From: Octopus sinensis
Lineage: Eukaryota
Direction of reading: 5' to 3'
NCBI RefSeq assembly: GCF_006345805.1
Contig: NC_043008.1
Location: 620,001-684,000 of the forward strand
DNA: 64,000 nt
In this document: positions 39,531 to 53,030 of the stretch, piece by piece
Position numbering within the stretch: the first letter of the stretch is position 1
Layout of the letters: each line of letters opens with the position of its first letter
Translations under genes and position numbers: made by a program
Notes under the pieces: model-generated
Seen by the model: the letters and a program-made list of their open reading frames with translations, nothing else
What the model was told of the DNA's origin: nothing
The model's database searches: none

Positions 39531-39650
39531 ATATATATGTAACAAATGCGCTTACACACACACACATATATAATATATAACAAATGCGCTTACAAACACA
39601 CACATATATATATAATAACAAATGCTCCTACACACACACACACATATACA
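39470..39650. repeat. Degenerate minisatellite, 4 units of TAACAAATGCGCTTA(CA)n(TA)n
   Basis: The AACAAAT.C.C.TACA anchor recurs four times with variable microsatellite spacers. Confidence 0.75.
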
Positions 39651-40251
39651 ATACACCTGACAGAGACATACACACACATATATATACATACATTTACACA
39701 ACCATAACAGAAGGGAAATTCATTTTCGATAATATAAACTTATATGGCCAATATTCACCAAGTATAAACTGTGTATTCAACGTCTTCACTAATTTAACGA
39801 GGGCGTCTGTACATGAATGATTCACAAAATGGATGCTATCGTCCCTTCAGGGTCAAAGAGCAAAGACTGTACATTTATAGTTACTGGAAAAATATCAGCC
39901 GCTTAAGTGAAATGATTGTTTGATTATATTTAAAATAAATAGGCACTTACAGCTTGGTAGATTCATGTTAGTCATTGGAAAACGGATAGAAACTTGACGT
40001 ATTCATTCGATTACTGCAAGTGAAACTGTGACAGGAACCAGGTGGAAGAGAGTGCGACAAAGATTGTGACACCGAGTAATGAATGCGAAGTTTACAGGTT
40101 CTGAGTGTCATAGAAAGGCTAGAATGAGTCTTCCATGTTGAAATTGCCTTACTTTCAATACACGTTATCGAGTCAGCTCACATATCAGGCAAGTACAGCA
40201 CCGAAATATACATAAATTATAGTGCACATATACACATCTATCTATCTATCC

Positions 40252-40339
<88 letters not shown>

Positions 40340-41363
40340 GTCTGTCTGTCTGTCTGTCTATCTATTTATCTATCTTGCAAATATGATCTATCTATCTGTC
40401 TGCCTGTCCATCGATCGATCGATCGATTCATCGATTCATCGATCGATCCATCCATCTATCCATCCACCCATCCATCCATCCATCCATCCATCCATCCATC
40501 CATCCATCTGTCTATCTATCTTTCTATCTATCTCGGAATCAGTTACGTTGTGCAGTGAAAAGGGAGAATGTGGAGCGGTGAGAACCGCTCGCATCGTTTT
40601 TTAAATAATTTTTTCTCTCCAGAAATGGAAAGATTAAGCGAAGGATTAGCAGCCTCTTCTCAGAGAAACAAAAAAATAAAAGCCCTGACGATGTTCGTTA
40701 GTGGAATCGTCCAAAGAAGGAAATAATGAAGAAAAGAGCGGGGGACTGCGACACGCTGTGCATCGTATACAGCAGAAAATAGGCTAATTTTCTGCCTCAG
40801 CATGAAGCATTCTTAATGAAACCCGTTGCCATCCTCTCACTCAACACTCAACACACAAATAAACACACGCAATCTGAAATAATTTTATATTCTCTGAAAG
40901 AAAAAAAACCTGGTGATATCTCTAAATGGCTTCCCGTGCCTGCTTAAAAGCTGGAAATGGTGAATTACATGTAATTAAGCATACAACAGAATCTCTTTCA
41001 TTTTTCGCTCTCTTTTAGTAGAGCTGGAAATGTGCTCCTGTTGGGTTTGAAGACTATCAGATTAACCAAATCAGAGTGGGGCACTGCCTTCTGACTTTAG
41101 CTATTTTTTCTCTTTATTCTTTTACTGGCTGTGAATCTGCGATCATGCTGGAGCACTTCACTTACCAGGTTTCCGAGCAAATTTACTCCCTGTTATCATA
41201 CGAATCTGATGTTATTTAATCTGAAATTATTTGTCGAAATGCAAAATATAAAAAAACAGAATTTTGTGGACTGGTGCGAATATATTCTTTGTTTGTCTGT
41301 CCGCCTGTCTGCCTGTCTGTCTGTCTCTCTGTCTCTCTCTCACACACACATCTATCTATCTAA

Positions 41364-41410
<47 letters not shown>

Positions 41411-43345
41411 CATACATATGTGTATACACAAACAAACAAACACACACAGGACACATACACACACAACAAACACACACACATATCAAGCACAAACACACAA
41501 ATACACTCTGAGGGATTGAGCACAGTTTCCGGCTACGCACTGTCCCTTTCAGTGTAACAAACCCGAGGCTTATTAACAGATGCCTCTGTGTTTTACTTCT
41601 TCACGTTGTACTTAAGCAGAAGAGAAACTTGCAAGCTAACAGTGTGTCATGTAGTGTTTCCACATATAAGGTTCCTTTGGGTGTATCCGCGATTCTGAAT
41701 TTCAGTCTATACGACCAAGTCCTCTACTTTACTGTCTGACTGACGAGACACGGTGTTACTGTTCGTTAGTTCGTTATCTTGTTACGCGAGGAACATGGGT
41801 TTTGACTGTAAGCACATGATGCTCAAGCATCACGAATGCTGTTAAGTACGTGCGTTTATCTTCATCATGTTGATAACCTCTTTGCCCTAAGACATTGATG
41901 TAGAGAACACAACCACCAAAAGCCAACAACCTTATTGTATAGCGATACGTGAGAACTGTACCGCAGGAAGAATGGGGACTTAATGAAAGAACCAGATTAG
42001 CTTTTTGTTTAATGCATTGATAAATTGATCAAGTACGTGAATTTGGATGACAAGATATGCACAGAAAATAATATAGAATTATACACACACACAGAAATTT
42101 GAACCAAGTGTACGCATGCGTGTTCTTCGGTCGGGACGAAGGCAGCTATCTAACCGTCCTGAGTAAAGGATGGTTGATGACCTGTAGGGTAACATTTTTT
42201 TATAAACTGAGGAAGAGTGGCACACCGTAAACCTCACTCCCTCGCTCGCGACCATCTTCAATCCTGTGGGAAGACCAGGTCAAGGCACTGGAGAGGAAGA
42301 GGAATGCAGTGGGTGACCAAGATGTCTTACTCGCCTCATTTTGCTCTCTGCTCTCCCTTATGCATTGCTGTAGCCGCGCCTTTCTCCCCCGTTGAATTCT
42401 TCCGCAGAATTCGCCGGATCCAGTCCCCACACGCATCGGTAGGCAAGCCTTGACTCACTAAGAGTTACATATCTGTTGGTTACACTCAACTGGTTTAGTC
42501 CAACGCCGTTGCATGCAAATAGCTATTTGGAGCTATAAGCTAGAGTTGGAGAACAAAGCGGATGGAACACCCCTAAGAGTGAGACATGTTCCTTTGTCGA
42601 AAGTGCTAGAGCTCCCCGGTGCCGCATTACATCCTCAATGTACACATACACGAATGCACGCGTATGCATATATATATACTCATGGAAGCATTTTACTATA
42701 TTTTGACACTGAGATATTTGTGTGCTTGCGTGTTGTGTAAGTAATACATGTGTGCATGGGCGTGTGTGTGTATGTGTATGTGTGCGTGCTTGTGTGGGTT
42801 TATGTGAGTAAGTGCATCTAAGCATGTGTCTGTTTGTGAGCTGTACGTGTGAAGGGTATTAAGAGCACTTGACGAAATATCATGTCATGTTTCGTTGCAA
42901 AGTTCTGTTTTCATCGAGTGCTTCACTAACAAAGTATCAGACAAAATATTTTACGGTGTTTCGTTGCCATGCTGTATTTTTTGAAAGTTGAAATCCAAAC
43001 GGGAGTTAACTTTGATTTTCGTGTCAGAGAGAGTTCACTGAACCAAACAACGGATTGAATTGACTCTGGCGCTTAAATGTGTGATTTTACGTATAAATTT
43101 TTGAAAAGGTAAAGCTAAATGCTCCCATAATAAACACACACGCACACACACAAACACACACACACGCGCGCGCGCGCACATAGTTGTACTAAGCTTTGAC
43201 AATTGTCATATCTGGGCATCAGAAGCAGCTGGAGATACGATAGTCTGACCAAAAGAACCGGATATTGCAAGCAAAAATAAAGACTGAAGAAAAAAAACGC
43301 ATTTGGCCAAATTTGGACATATGACAGTTTAACATAATAGCAACG

Positions 43346-43596
43346 AAATGTTTCCATACAACATAGTTCTTCATACATACAGGTATTTGATTATGCAACC
43401 GTTTACCTGCATAATGGGATCCAGTTGTATTTCTTCAAGGATGGATGTGTTAGCATCGAAGTCGAAGGTTTTTTAACTCACGGAGGCAGCAAGTGAATAT
43501 CACCTGAGGAAATACAACTGGATCCCATTATACAAGTAAACGGTTGCATAATAAAATACCTGTACATATGAAGAACTATGTTGCGTGGAAACATTT
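43346..43596. repeat. Inverted repeat with ~92-bp arms and ~67-bp spacer
   Basis: 43346-43437 and 43505-43596 are reverse complements with scattered mismatches. Confidence 0.88.
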
Positions 43597-44472
43597 GTAG
43601 TGATTAAAAAATAACTGTCCAACCGTACTCATTCTTGTTAATAGAATTTCTGAAAGGCTATCGAGATGCCTACACGCATATAAATGTACTTTCGTACAAT
43701 GCAGTGAGAATGAATTTTGAGTAACTTAGTGTAATTTTAATCTATTTTACTTTAAGGTATGAATGACTTAAATTTACTTTAAACCTCCCCGTTCTTCTAA
43801 ACACCTACTAAATATCTAACTCACTTTGTAATCATGAATGAGCTTAACCTCGAGTGTGCGTGTGCTTACATTTTTGCTAATGCTTCTATGAGAGCGTGTA
43901 TCGTGCCAAGCAGTTTGCCCGAGGGTGTTTATGCATAAATATCTGTTAACGGTTATTTTCAATACTTTTCTCGTTGGATTAAGTGTTCGTTTCTCTTTTT
44001 GTCTTCTGCAATTTTATTTTTGGATCTTCTATATATATGAAGAATTTTCCTCCGTGAGGCTGTTTTTCTCTCTACAAAACGGAAAGTTGCATGATGGAAC
44101 AGTCATTTTAACGAGATTTTATTTATTTATTTATCATCCGACGTGATACGTCTGCTCCACCGGATGACCCTGAACCAGTTTTTGTGTGTCCCACAAGAGG
44201 AGTCGATGCTAGATGTGTCGAAACAATTGTTGTGATTAATAATATATTCTCGTATATTCCATCTTTTGTCTTTCATTTGTTATATAAATGTATATATATA
44301 TAACACAGAAATAAACAGGGAGAGAAAATAAAATATAATAATAATAATAATAATATACATATATATAATTATTAATATTAGGGAAGTTATTTCGAGTCCA
44401 CAGGGGAGAGAAATTCAACTTAGTGATACTAAAATGAATTTCTCGCTGTATTATATAATATAAACTTAAACC

Positions 44473-44511
<39 letters not shown>

Positions 44512-44566
44512 CATTATTGGTGAATTGAAGAAATGGAGCTGAACGCAGATTGAACAGAAATCGTTT

Positions 44567-44660
44567 TATTTCATTCTACACGTGTTTCGAAAGGCACAAA
44601 TTACCAAAATCCGATTGAATAATGGGACCATATTGTGTCTTTCTCTTCAGGAAGAAAATA
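44567..44660 (-). ncRNA. Candidate type I hammerhead ribozyme with long stem II and palindromic stem III (Penelope-like terminus)
   Basis: UAUUUU-C-UUC / CUGAAGA / GAAAG-A-CACAA..UUGUG-C-CUUUC / GAAA / CACGUG / UA / GAA-U-GAAAUA. The core is intact, G10.1-C11.1 is present, and ACACGUGU is a perfect palindrome. Confidence 0.78.
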
Positions 44661-44930
44661 GGAAATCCGTTGGAAAAACAAAAACAGAACAGAGGCGGAA
44701 CAAAAACAAATCGAACTATGCTCCTAAGAGCCCATGGCGAAACTGTTTATCAGTGTATGTTGAGAACCGGTGGCTGAAGAATTCAACGGGTCAGGCATCG
44801 GTCAATCATGTGGGTGAGGGTGTGTAGATGTTCTTTGTGACCTTTGTTTACTGCTGTGATTTTTGCTACTAAGGTATCGGTTAAACTTTTGATTAATCTA
44901 CTACAAGATTATTCATCTTCTATTTCACAT

Positions 44931-44970
<40 letters not shown>

Positions 44971-45889
44971 TAAACCTATCAATCTTTCTGTCTATCTGTC
45001 TGTCTGTCTGTCTGTATGTATGTATGTATGTATGTATGTATGTATGTATGTATGTATGCATGTCCTTATGAAGTGTTGAACACAAAGAAAACAACGAAGA
45101 GAAAACGTTAGACGAAAGCAGATCAAACGAGAAACTAGACGAGAAATTTAACGGACGCGAAATTTAGACAAAGACACGATGTACGGAATATTCGCAGCTG
45201 AGTTTTCCTCATCAATGACCTATAATGCCATAGAGGTTTCGCGCCATTACCATTGAGTCCACACACTTTTGGAGGCGCCAGTGTTGTTATTAAGTTACTG
45301 GGAAAAAGCTAGCGAATGTATACTAAGACAGAAACAAGACATAACATAAATACATCTATAGTTTGTGCTTATCCTGTGTCCTCTCACCCCTGCTTGATAA
45401 CCGGTGGCGGTTTGTTTGCGTTACTATAACGTAGCGGTTCGGGAAAATGACCAATAGAATAAGTACCTGGCTAAAAAAAAAGATAAGTACTGGGGTTGAT
45501 TTCTTCGAGTAGGCCCTCGAAGGCGGAGACCAGGTACGGCTGCTGTCTAATAATTAAAACAAGTAATATACAAAAATTATAAACAATTATAAACTCTACT
45601 CTGACTGGATTTGAACCAACATTTCAATACAGAGCATTCAGTTGCCAATTGTTGTTTTGTTTTCCCAGATCTGTAATCAAACGTATTCCTATCGTGACCA
45701 TCACCTCTTTCTATTTTCAGCAAGTAAAGAAGCTAGAATCATTTGAATCCAATATCTTTTTGTTTGTTTTTCATTTTTTAATTTTTCCTAAGATAGCAAA
45801 GTGCGATCTGAGGGAGATTTCGCTCCTACTTTTTGTTGACTGAACTAAAAGAAAACTCTCAATGTTTGATAGATGCAATTGGTGAACGG

Positions 45890-46460
45890 CAGCAGCAGCA
45901 GCAGTAGTAGTACTGGGGGTGTTAGTAGTTGTAGTGGTGGTAGTAGTAGTGGTAGAGGAATAGTAGTAGTTGTAATAGTTGTAGTGTTGGTGGAGGTGGT
46001 TGTGGTGTAGTAGTAGCAGCAGCACCAGCAATGATCACGACTACTACTATTACTAGCGTTACCCCTCCATCGCCACCACCCTCACCACCACTATTAACAC
46101 CGTCTTCACCACTAACAATGCCACCATCGCCAGTTATTACCAAATTCCCCACTACCACCACCGCACCCACTAGCAACACCACCACCACCAACACGACCAC
46201 CGCCAACACTACCACCATCATCAATATTACTACCCCCCCTGTCAGCAATATCGCTACTATCACACACCACCTCCACCATCAACACTAGCACCGTTACCAA
46301 TATCGCACCGCCGCCATCACCACAACCACGACGACGACCACCACCACCACCGCCACCACTGCAATCACCATTACTACCAACATCACCACCAACACCATCC
46401 ACATCACCCTCACCATTACCACTATCGTCAACTATTACCATAATCAACATCATCATCATC

Positions 46461-46491
<31 letters not shown>

Positions 46492-46862
46492 ACATCATCA
46501 CCATCATCATCTTCATTATCATCAACATTATCGTCGTCGTCGTCATCATTTTCATCATGATCATCATCAAAACCAGTACCTCTACCAGAGTCACCAGTAC
46601 TTTGTTGGATCTGTTAACAATCGCCTCAGCTTCCCGTCCCAACTTCATCTCCACCCACCCACACCACCACCACAACCACCACCACCACCACCACAACCAC
46701 CACAACCACCACAACCACCACAACTACCACCACCACCACCGCTACAAACCCAACGATGTGTAGTCAATGCTAACAACCAGTTATCCCATCGTCCCATTAT
46801 CTTTCCAACACCACCACCACAACGACAACAACAATAACTACTTCTACTACTACTACTACTAA

Positions 46863-46894
<32 letters not shown>

Positions 46895-46925
46895 CTACTA
46901 CTACTACTACAACTACTACTACTAC
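45890..46925. repeat. Long compound trinucleotide low-complexity tract (GTA/ACC/ATC/ACT)
   Basis: Directly visible. Confidence 0.9.
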
Positions 46926-47464
46926 AAGCAACATCAGCGCTAGCAGTTCCTTTGTCATTCGCCGCACTCACTTTCGAATGTGTGTCGGTTGAAGTATATA
47001 TATGCGTACGTGGATCGAAGTGTGCGTGTATGTGTATTGAAGTATGTGTGCGTGTGTGTCTACATATGAGTGTATATATATATATATATATATTGTTAGA
47101 TAGATAGATAGATACAAACATACATACATACATACATACATATGTGTGTGAGTGTGCGTGTGTTTGACAATATGATACGGAATTGGTTGGTTTGAAGGTT
47201 TACTAGCGCGTGTTTATGGGTAAAGAAACGCCTTCGAAAATAATTTGTACACATCCACACACACACAACACACACACACACACACACATGCACGTGCACG
47301 CACGCATTCACAGTAAAAGTTACTTTTTATTAGCAAAGTTAAAGTGTAATCAAACGATTTTTATATGTCTGCTAAAAGTTGTCAGCTGGTTATTTCAAAG
47401 ACAACGTCCTAGAGTATTCACAATATGCAGGTGTCATTGCATATATGCATGCACACACACACAC

Positions 47465-47508
<44 letters not shown>

Positions 47509-47779
47509 GCACACACACACATACACACACATAAACACACACACACATACACACAAACACACACACGATCGATCTACTTCTATCTATCTATCACTATCTA
47601 TCTATCCATCTATTATCTATATAAAACACCACACACACACACGCGCAAACATAACTCTATGTACGTAGTATGCGTGTGTGTGTATGTAATATATAGATAG
47701 ATAAATAGTTAATGGGTAAAGACATACATACAGGCAGATAGGCAGAGAGAAAAATAAACATATAGACAGACAGCAGATA

Positions 47780-47787
47780 GAATAGTG

Positions 47788-47874
<87 letters not shown>

Positions 47875-47882
47875 CAGGTAGG

Positions 47883-47957
<75 letters not shown>

Positions 47958-47959
47958 AT

Positions 47960-47991
<32 letters not shown>

Positions 47992-47995
47992 GAGA
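47780..47995. repeat. (GATA)n array
   Basis: Directly visible. Confidence 0.95.
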
Positions 47996-48537
47996 CAGAC
48001 AGGCAGACAAATTGATGGATAGACAGACAGATGGACAGATAAATAGATAGATTAGAGAGATAGACAAACAAACAGACAGACAGATAGACAGCAGGACAGA
48101 CAGATCGACAGATAGATAAATACAAAAAGATAATTTTCTTTTTTCAATAGCGAACTGGATAAGTATAGTCCTGGGCTTGTACAGAAGTTGCCAGAATCTG
48201 TCGATTACCTCAGGTATATTCATCCACAAACGGAACAAGGCTTCTTGTAACATAAACGGTATTATACTCTCGAGAATTCCCTTACTAATCCGGCCAATAT
48301 CGGATTTGATCGGTTTTAATCAGCCGTATACCTGGATTTCTGTAGAAGTTCGATTTGCGGTCTGTTTAGAATGAGAAATAGGATCCATGTCGATTCAAAG
48401 GTTCCGTTTGGCCTTGTTTGCCAAATTTTGGGGTAATTTGTCGCCCTACGTCATAAAATATCGATATGCATCCTGTTTGGGGTTTTCTAGTAGAACCTGG
48501 ATGACAGGTAGCTTAAACGAGCTGTTTCTACCGGTTT

Positions 48538-48569
<32 letters not shown>

Positions 48570-48754
48570 TGTATGTATGTGCGGGGGAGTGCGTGTGGTG
48601 TGGACGTGTGTGCTGTACATTATATATAATGTATATGATGCACAGCTATTTAGGTAGATTGATGGAGAAATTGGTAGAAAGTAGATAAATCGTTAATGGA
48701 TAAATAAAGACAGAGACAGACAGAAAGACAATAAAGCGATAGACAGACTATATT

Positions 48755-48792
<38 letters not shown>

Positions 48793-48873
48793 GTTTTTGC
48801 TATAATATATATATATATATATAGACATACAACATACATATATATGTATATATATATACCACCACACACACAC

Positions 48874-48908
<35 letters not shown>

Positions 48909-49325
48909 CATATAAACATTATATAGATATATTGACAACTATCTACCACACACACATATATACACATATAAATTTGTATATATATATAATTATATATACA
49001 TACATACATATATATACATATAAATGCATACATACATAGATACACACACACACACACACATGTGGGGAAAGCTAATTAAACGTTCTCTCAAGCAGAACTC
49101 AATACGAATAGTAGAATTTACACTCACACACACACAGGCACACATACATTCACATACATACAAACCATACATACATATATACTTACGCGTGCCTCACACA
49201 AAATAGCTGTTACATGCACACCCTGCCGGTGGTGGTAATGGTGGTAGCAGAGTTGGTGGTGGTGGTGATAAGGGGGGGGAGTAAAAAGTGGATGGTGTGT
49301 ATGGTGGATGGTTTAAGCGTTGTGG

Positions 49326-49425
49326 NNNNNNNNNNNNNNNNNNNNNNNNNNNNNNNNNNNNNNNNNNNNNNNNNNNNNNNNNNNNNNNNNNNNNNNNNNN
49401 NNNNNNNNNNNNNNNNNNNNNNNNN
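49326..49425. other. Assembly gap (100 N)
   Basis: Run of N; the round number suggests a gap of unknown true size. Confidence 0.99.
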
Positions 49426-49525
49426 TATGGAAATGTTTTCTTATTTATTTTCACCCTCGAGAAAACCTTTCTCGTGGTCGGGGTGTGAAGTTAACTCGTT
49501 TCTAGCTTCTATGCTATCTGTTTGA

Positions 49526-49567
<42 letters not shown>

Positions 49568-49998
49568 GTGTACATTTAATCACAAGAGAAACAGGTAGTT
49601 TTACAGTCAAAACGACCAAAGCCACATTTAAATGCAATTTCGAAGGGAATGAAAAATAAAAACTTTTTACCTTGTTATTTTTTACGGTTATACCTAGATT
49701 TCGAATTTTATTTACCAAATAGAATAATTTGCCAGGCGAATTATGTTATGTCAATTTATTTATATTATATTGACATTATATTATGTCAATTTATTTATTG
49801 ATTTACTAAAATAAAAATTACAAGAATATACATATATGTATAACATATTACGCTTTACATATAAAATATAAAATATATAAAGATACCAGTAATTATTAGT
49901 AAATCCAAACAAAAAAGAACAAACATGAAAAAGATCACCAACGCGAGTACGTGGTACATGTGAATTATTACCAGACGCTCAAGGAAAGAAAGAAGGTT

Positions 49999-50035
49999 GG
50001 TTTTATGTTTCGAGCATAGCGCTTCTTCAGAAACA
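49999..50035 (-). ncRNA. Degenerate minimal hammerhead motif (Penelope-like terminus remnant)
   Basis: GUUU-CUGAAGA-A-GCGC UAU GCUC-GAAA-CAU-A-AAAC. Stem II has a mismatch and stem III ACAU would be ACGU in an intact palindromic form. Confidence 0.45.
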
Positions 50036-50410
50036 TATAACGTCCAATAGAAAAGAAGTCGGAGGAAGAAAATCGCCTACGGTATAAGTGTATGTTTATG
50101 TATGCTTGTTTGTATACGCATATCTATGGTAGTATTTGTGTAATTGCGAAAGTGTAAATACGCCAGTAGAATCTGATACGTAATTTCTGATCTTTTAGAG
50201 ACAGCGTTAGTTAATAAAATACTTTGAAGGAACAGTTATTTGCTGTCCAGAGATATTGGGAACAGTTATCAGCAGACGGTATCGGCGTCTATAAACTATT
50301 TTAGATATCTTTCACTTAATGACAACCTGATTGGAAACTTACTTTTTCAAGCACTTACACAGATGCAATGATATTTATAGAAACACAGATACTCACATGT
50401 AGACACACAG

Positions 50411-50481
<71 letters not shown>

Positions 50482-50799
50482 CACATACACACACACATGT
50501 ATATATATATATGCATACACACATATGTATATATATACATGCATTTATATATGTATATGTATGTATACACAAATATTCAGATGCATAATAAATATATATC
50601 ATATATATATAAATATACATACCTATATATATATATATATATATGAATTTTGTATCTGTACATGTATATATCTATACGTGTATGTGTTTATATGTACATG
50701 CTTTTATATTTATATTCACTTTACGTATGTAGACAGATATACACACAAGCACACATACGCGTACACATACGCCTACACACACACACAGACATAGATATG

Positions 50800-50838
<39 letters not shown>

Positions 50839-52466
50839 TATATTGATAATTACATGCAAACAAACACGTATACACACACGTATATGTATGTATATATATA
50901 TATGTATATAAATTATTTCCTTCGCTAAATGTTAAATATTAAATAGATATGACTGACGGAACCATTTCGCAAAAAATATCAATAACACAGCTCATATTTC
51001 CAATAATCAATACACCACAAATTTTTATTAGTAATGTTTTTTGTGATTTTAGTCATCTTAAACTTCAGCTCAATATAGCGTTACATAGATATGTTCGAAC
51101 GCTAAATGAATAAAGTACCTCTATATGGATAATATTCATCCATTAATCCGTTCATAATTCATGTTAATGCTTATACTTTTAGATTAAAAATGTTTTAATA
51201 CTGGCGTTGCTGTGGATTTTCATTCTTACTGCATGGTACCTTAGGCAAGTGTCTTCTATTATAGCCGCAAGCCGACCAGCGCAAAAGAAGAGAAGACTAT
51301 AGAATCATTGCTGGTAAACAGACAGTCAATTACAAGAGGATGCAGGTTATGGAAACCACTGAAGTTCTGAGACTCATTAACTGGGATCAAAGTTTTAGTT
51401 AAGCAGTCTGTGCTATATAGCGGCTGTGTGGTAAGAAGCTTGCTCCCCAACAAAATGGATCTGGGCTCTGTCCCACTACGTGACACTTTGGCGAGTGTCT
51501 TCTACAATAGCCTTGGGCCGACCAAAAGGCGCTGTACGAAAACAGCCGAACTATTTTGAAAAATTCATTCTTAAAGATTCCGTGTCTGAAACAAAACGAT
51601 ATGATGGTTAAAGCTTGAATGAATGTGTTTGAATAGACTACTGCTAGATTTTGAGCGAAACAATCGTGGCCATTAATTCACCCCCAAACAGTCTAAGCAT
51701 TTATTTTATAGCATCCCACACACATAGTTCCAAATTTTTTTCCTCCCCGGCCTCCATTGACTTTCTTCTTTTATATTGTATAATATTTCCATTTTACTTA
51801 TTTCTAAAGTTATACATTTCTTTCTTTCAGCGAACTCTCAAAAGCCACCATGTCACTTTGAAGCGGTTTTCATAAATAAATATTCTTTAATAGTTCCTAT
51901 GTGATAATAAAGTCAAGTACTGCAATGCTGGAAATCGTAGAAGGAATTAACAGGAGAGAAATCAAAGAGAAAGAAAGATGGAAACGAAAAGTAAAAAAAA
52001 AAAAAACACTGTAAAACTTAGAATGATGGATTAATAGTTTCATGATTTCTTTTTGAAGCATGAAAAACTGCTTCATACATCGTAGATAAATTTATGTGTG
52101 TATGGTCTCCGCTGCCGCCGTATACTGTGGTTGTTGTATTTGTTATCGTCGTCGCTGTTCGTGATTATGACGATGACTAACAGTCTCGTATTTTTTTGGT
52201 GGGATTTGAATCATGATAATCTGTTTCATATGTCGTAGAACCAGATTTGATAGACGCTGCTGCAGCTATAATTATTATGTTGTTGATGTTGTTATTGTTG
52301 TTCTTATTGGTGTCCTTCTGACTGCTTAGGAATAGCTCAAACCCGTCAACGACCAAGATATCTCTTCAGACAGAATATTTTATGGAGTAGAAACTTTCCT
52401 GTTTTTGTTTAACTTTCGCTCAGTCCTGATAGAATTGCCAACTGGTGCTACCATACTTTATTTCAA

Positions 52467-52697
52467 GGCGTCGAGCTGGAAGAAACGTTAGCACGCCGGG
52501 CGAAATGCTTAGCGGTATTTCGTCCGCCGCTACGTTCTGAGTTCAAATTCCGCCGAGGTCGACTTTCCCTTTCATCTTTTCGGGGTCGATAAATTAAGTA
52601 CCAGTTACGCACTGAGGTTGATGTAATCGACTTAATCCGTTTGTCTGTCCATGTCTGTCCCCTCTGTGTTTAGCTCCTTATGGGTTATAAAGAAGTA
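52467..52697 (+). mobile_element. tRNA-derived SINE (family A, tail type 1)
   Basis: Complete head, core and CTTAATCCGTTTGTCTGTCC tail. Confidence 0.92.
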
Positions 52698-52844
52698 AAC
52701 ATACATTGTACTTACAAACTAGCAAAAATTATTGTATGTTAAACTAAAATCACACCGATTGAACGAAAAAGCAATTAGTATTATTAATAAACTTTAGAAA
52801 GGCAATAGAGGCAACTCGGAATTTTTGTAGGAGATCGCTAGATG

Positions 52845-53030
52845 GTTACATCGACCCCGTAATTCAACTGGTACTTATTTTATCGTACGATGACGATGAT
52901 GATGATGCGGAGGGGGAGGAGGAGAAAGAAAAGGAGGATGACGGCGACGAGGATTGTAATGATGAAAGGCAAATTCGACCTTGACGGGTATTTAAACTCA
53001 GAACGTGAAAACGGACAAAATACTGCTAAT
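52845..53030 (-). mobile_element. Decayed SINE (family A) split by a GAT/GGA trinucleotide tract
   Basis: CATCGACCCC..AACTGGTACTTATTTTATCG, then a microsatellite, then GATGAAAGGCAAATTCGACCT..AACTCAGAACGT. Confidence 0.65.

Noticed and set aside
40600-40900. Splice-acceptor-like TTTTCTCTCCAG (also similar sites near 44640 and 53085)
   Set aside because: No credible downstream exon ORF or donor. The 44640 site is explained as the reverse complement of the hammerhead core.
43430-43470. Hammerhead-like arrangement in the spacer of the 43346 inverted repeat (CTTC..GATG/CATC..GAA GTC GAAG)
   Set aside because: The CUGANGA core is absent and GAAA is incomplete.
45922-47133. Poly-Met/Gly/Val/His/Thr ORFs resembling low-complexity proteins
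   Set aside because: Compound trinucleotide repeats are open on both strands, and there is no splice or domain evidence.
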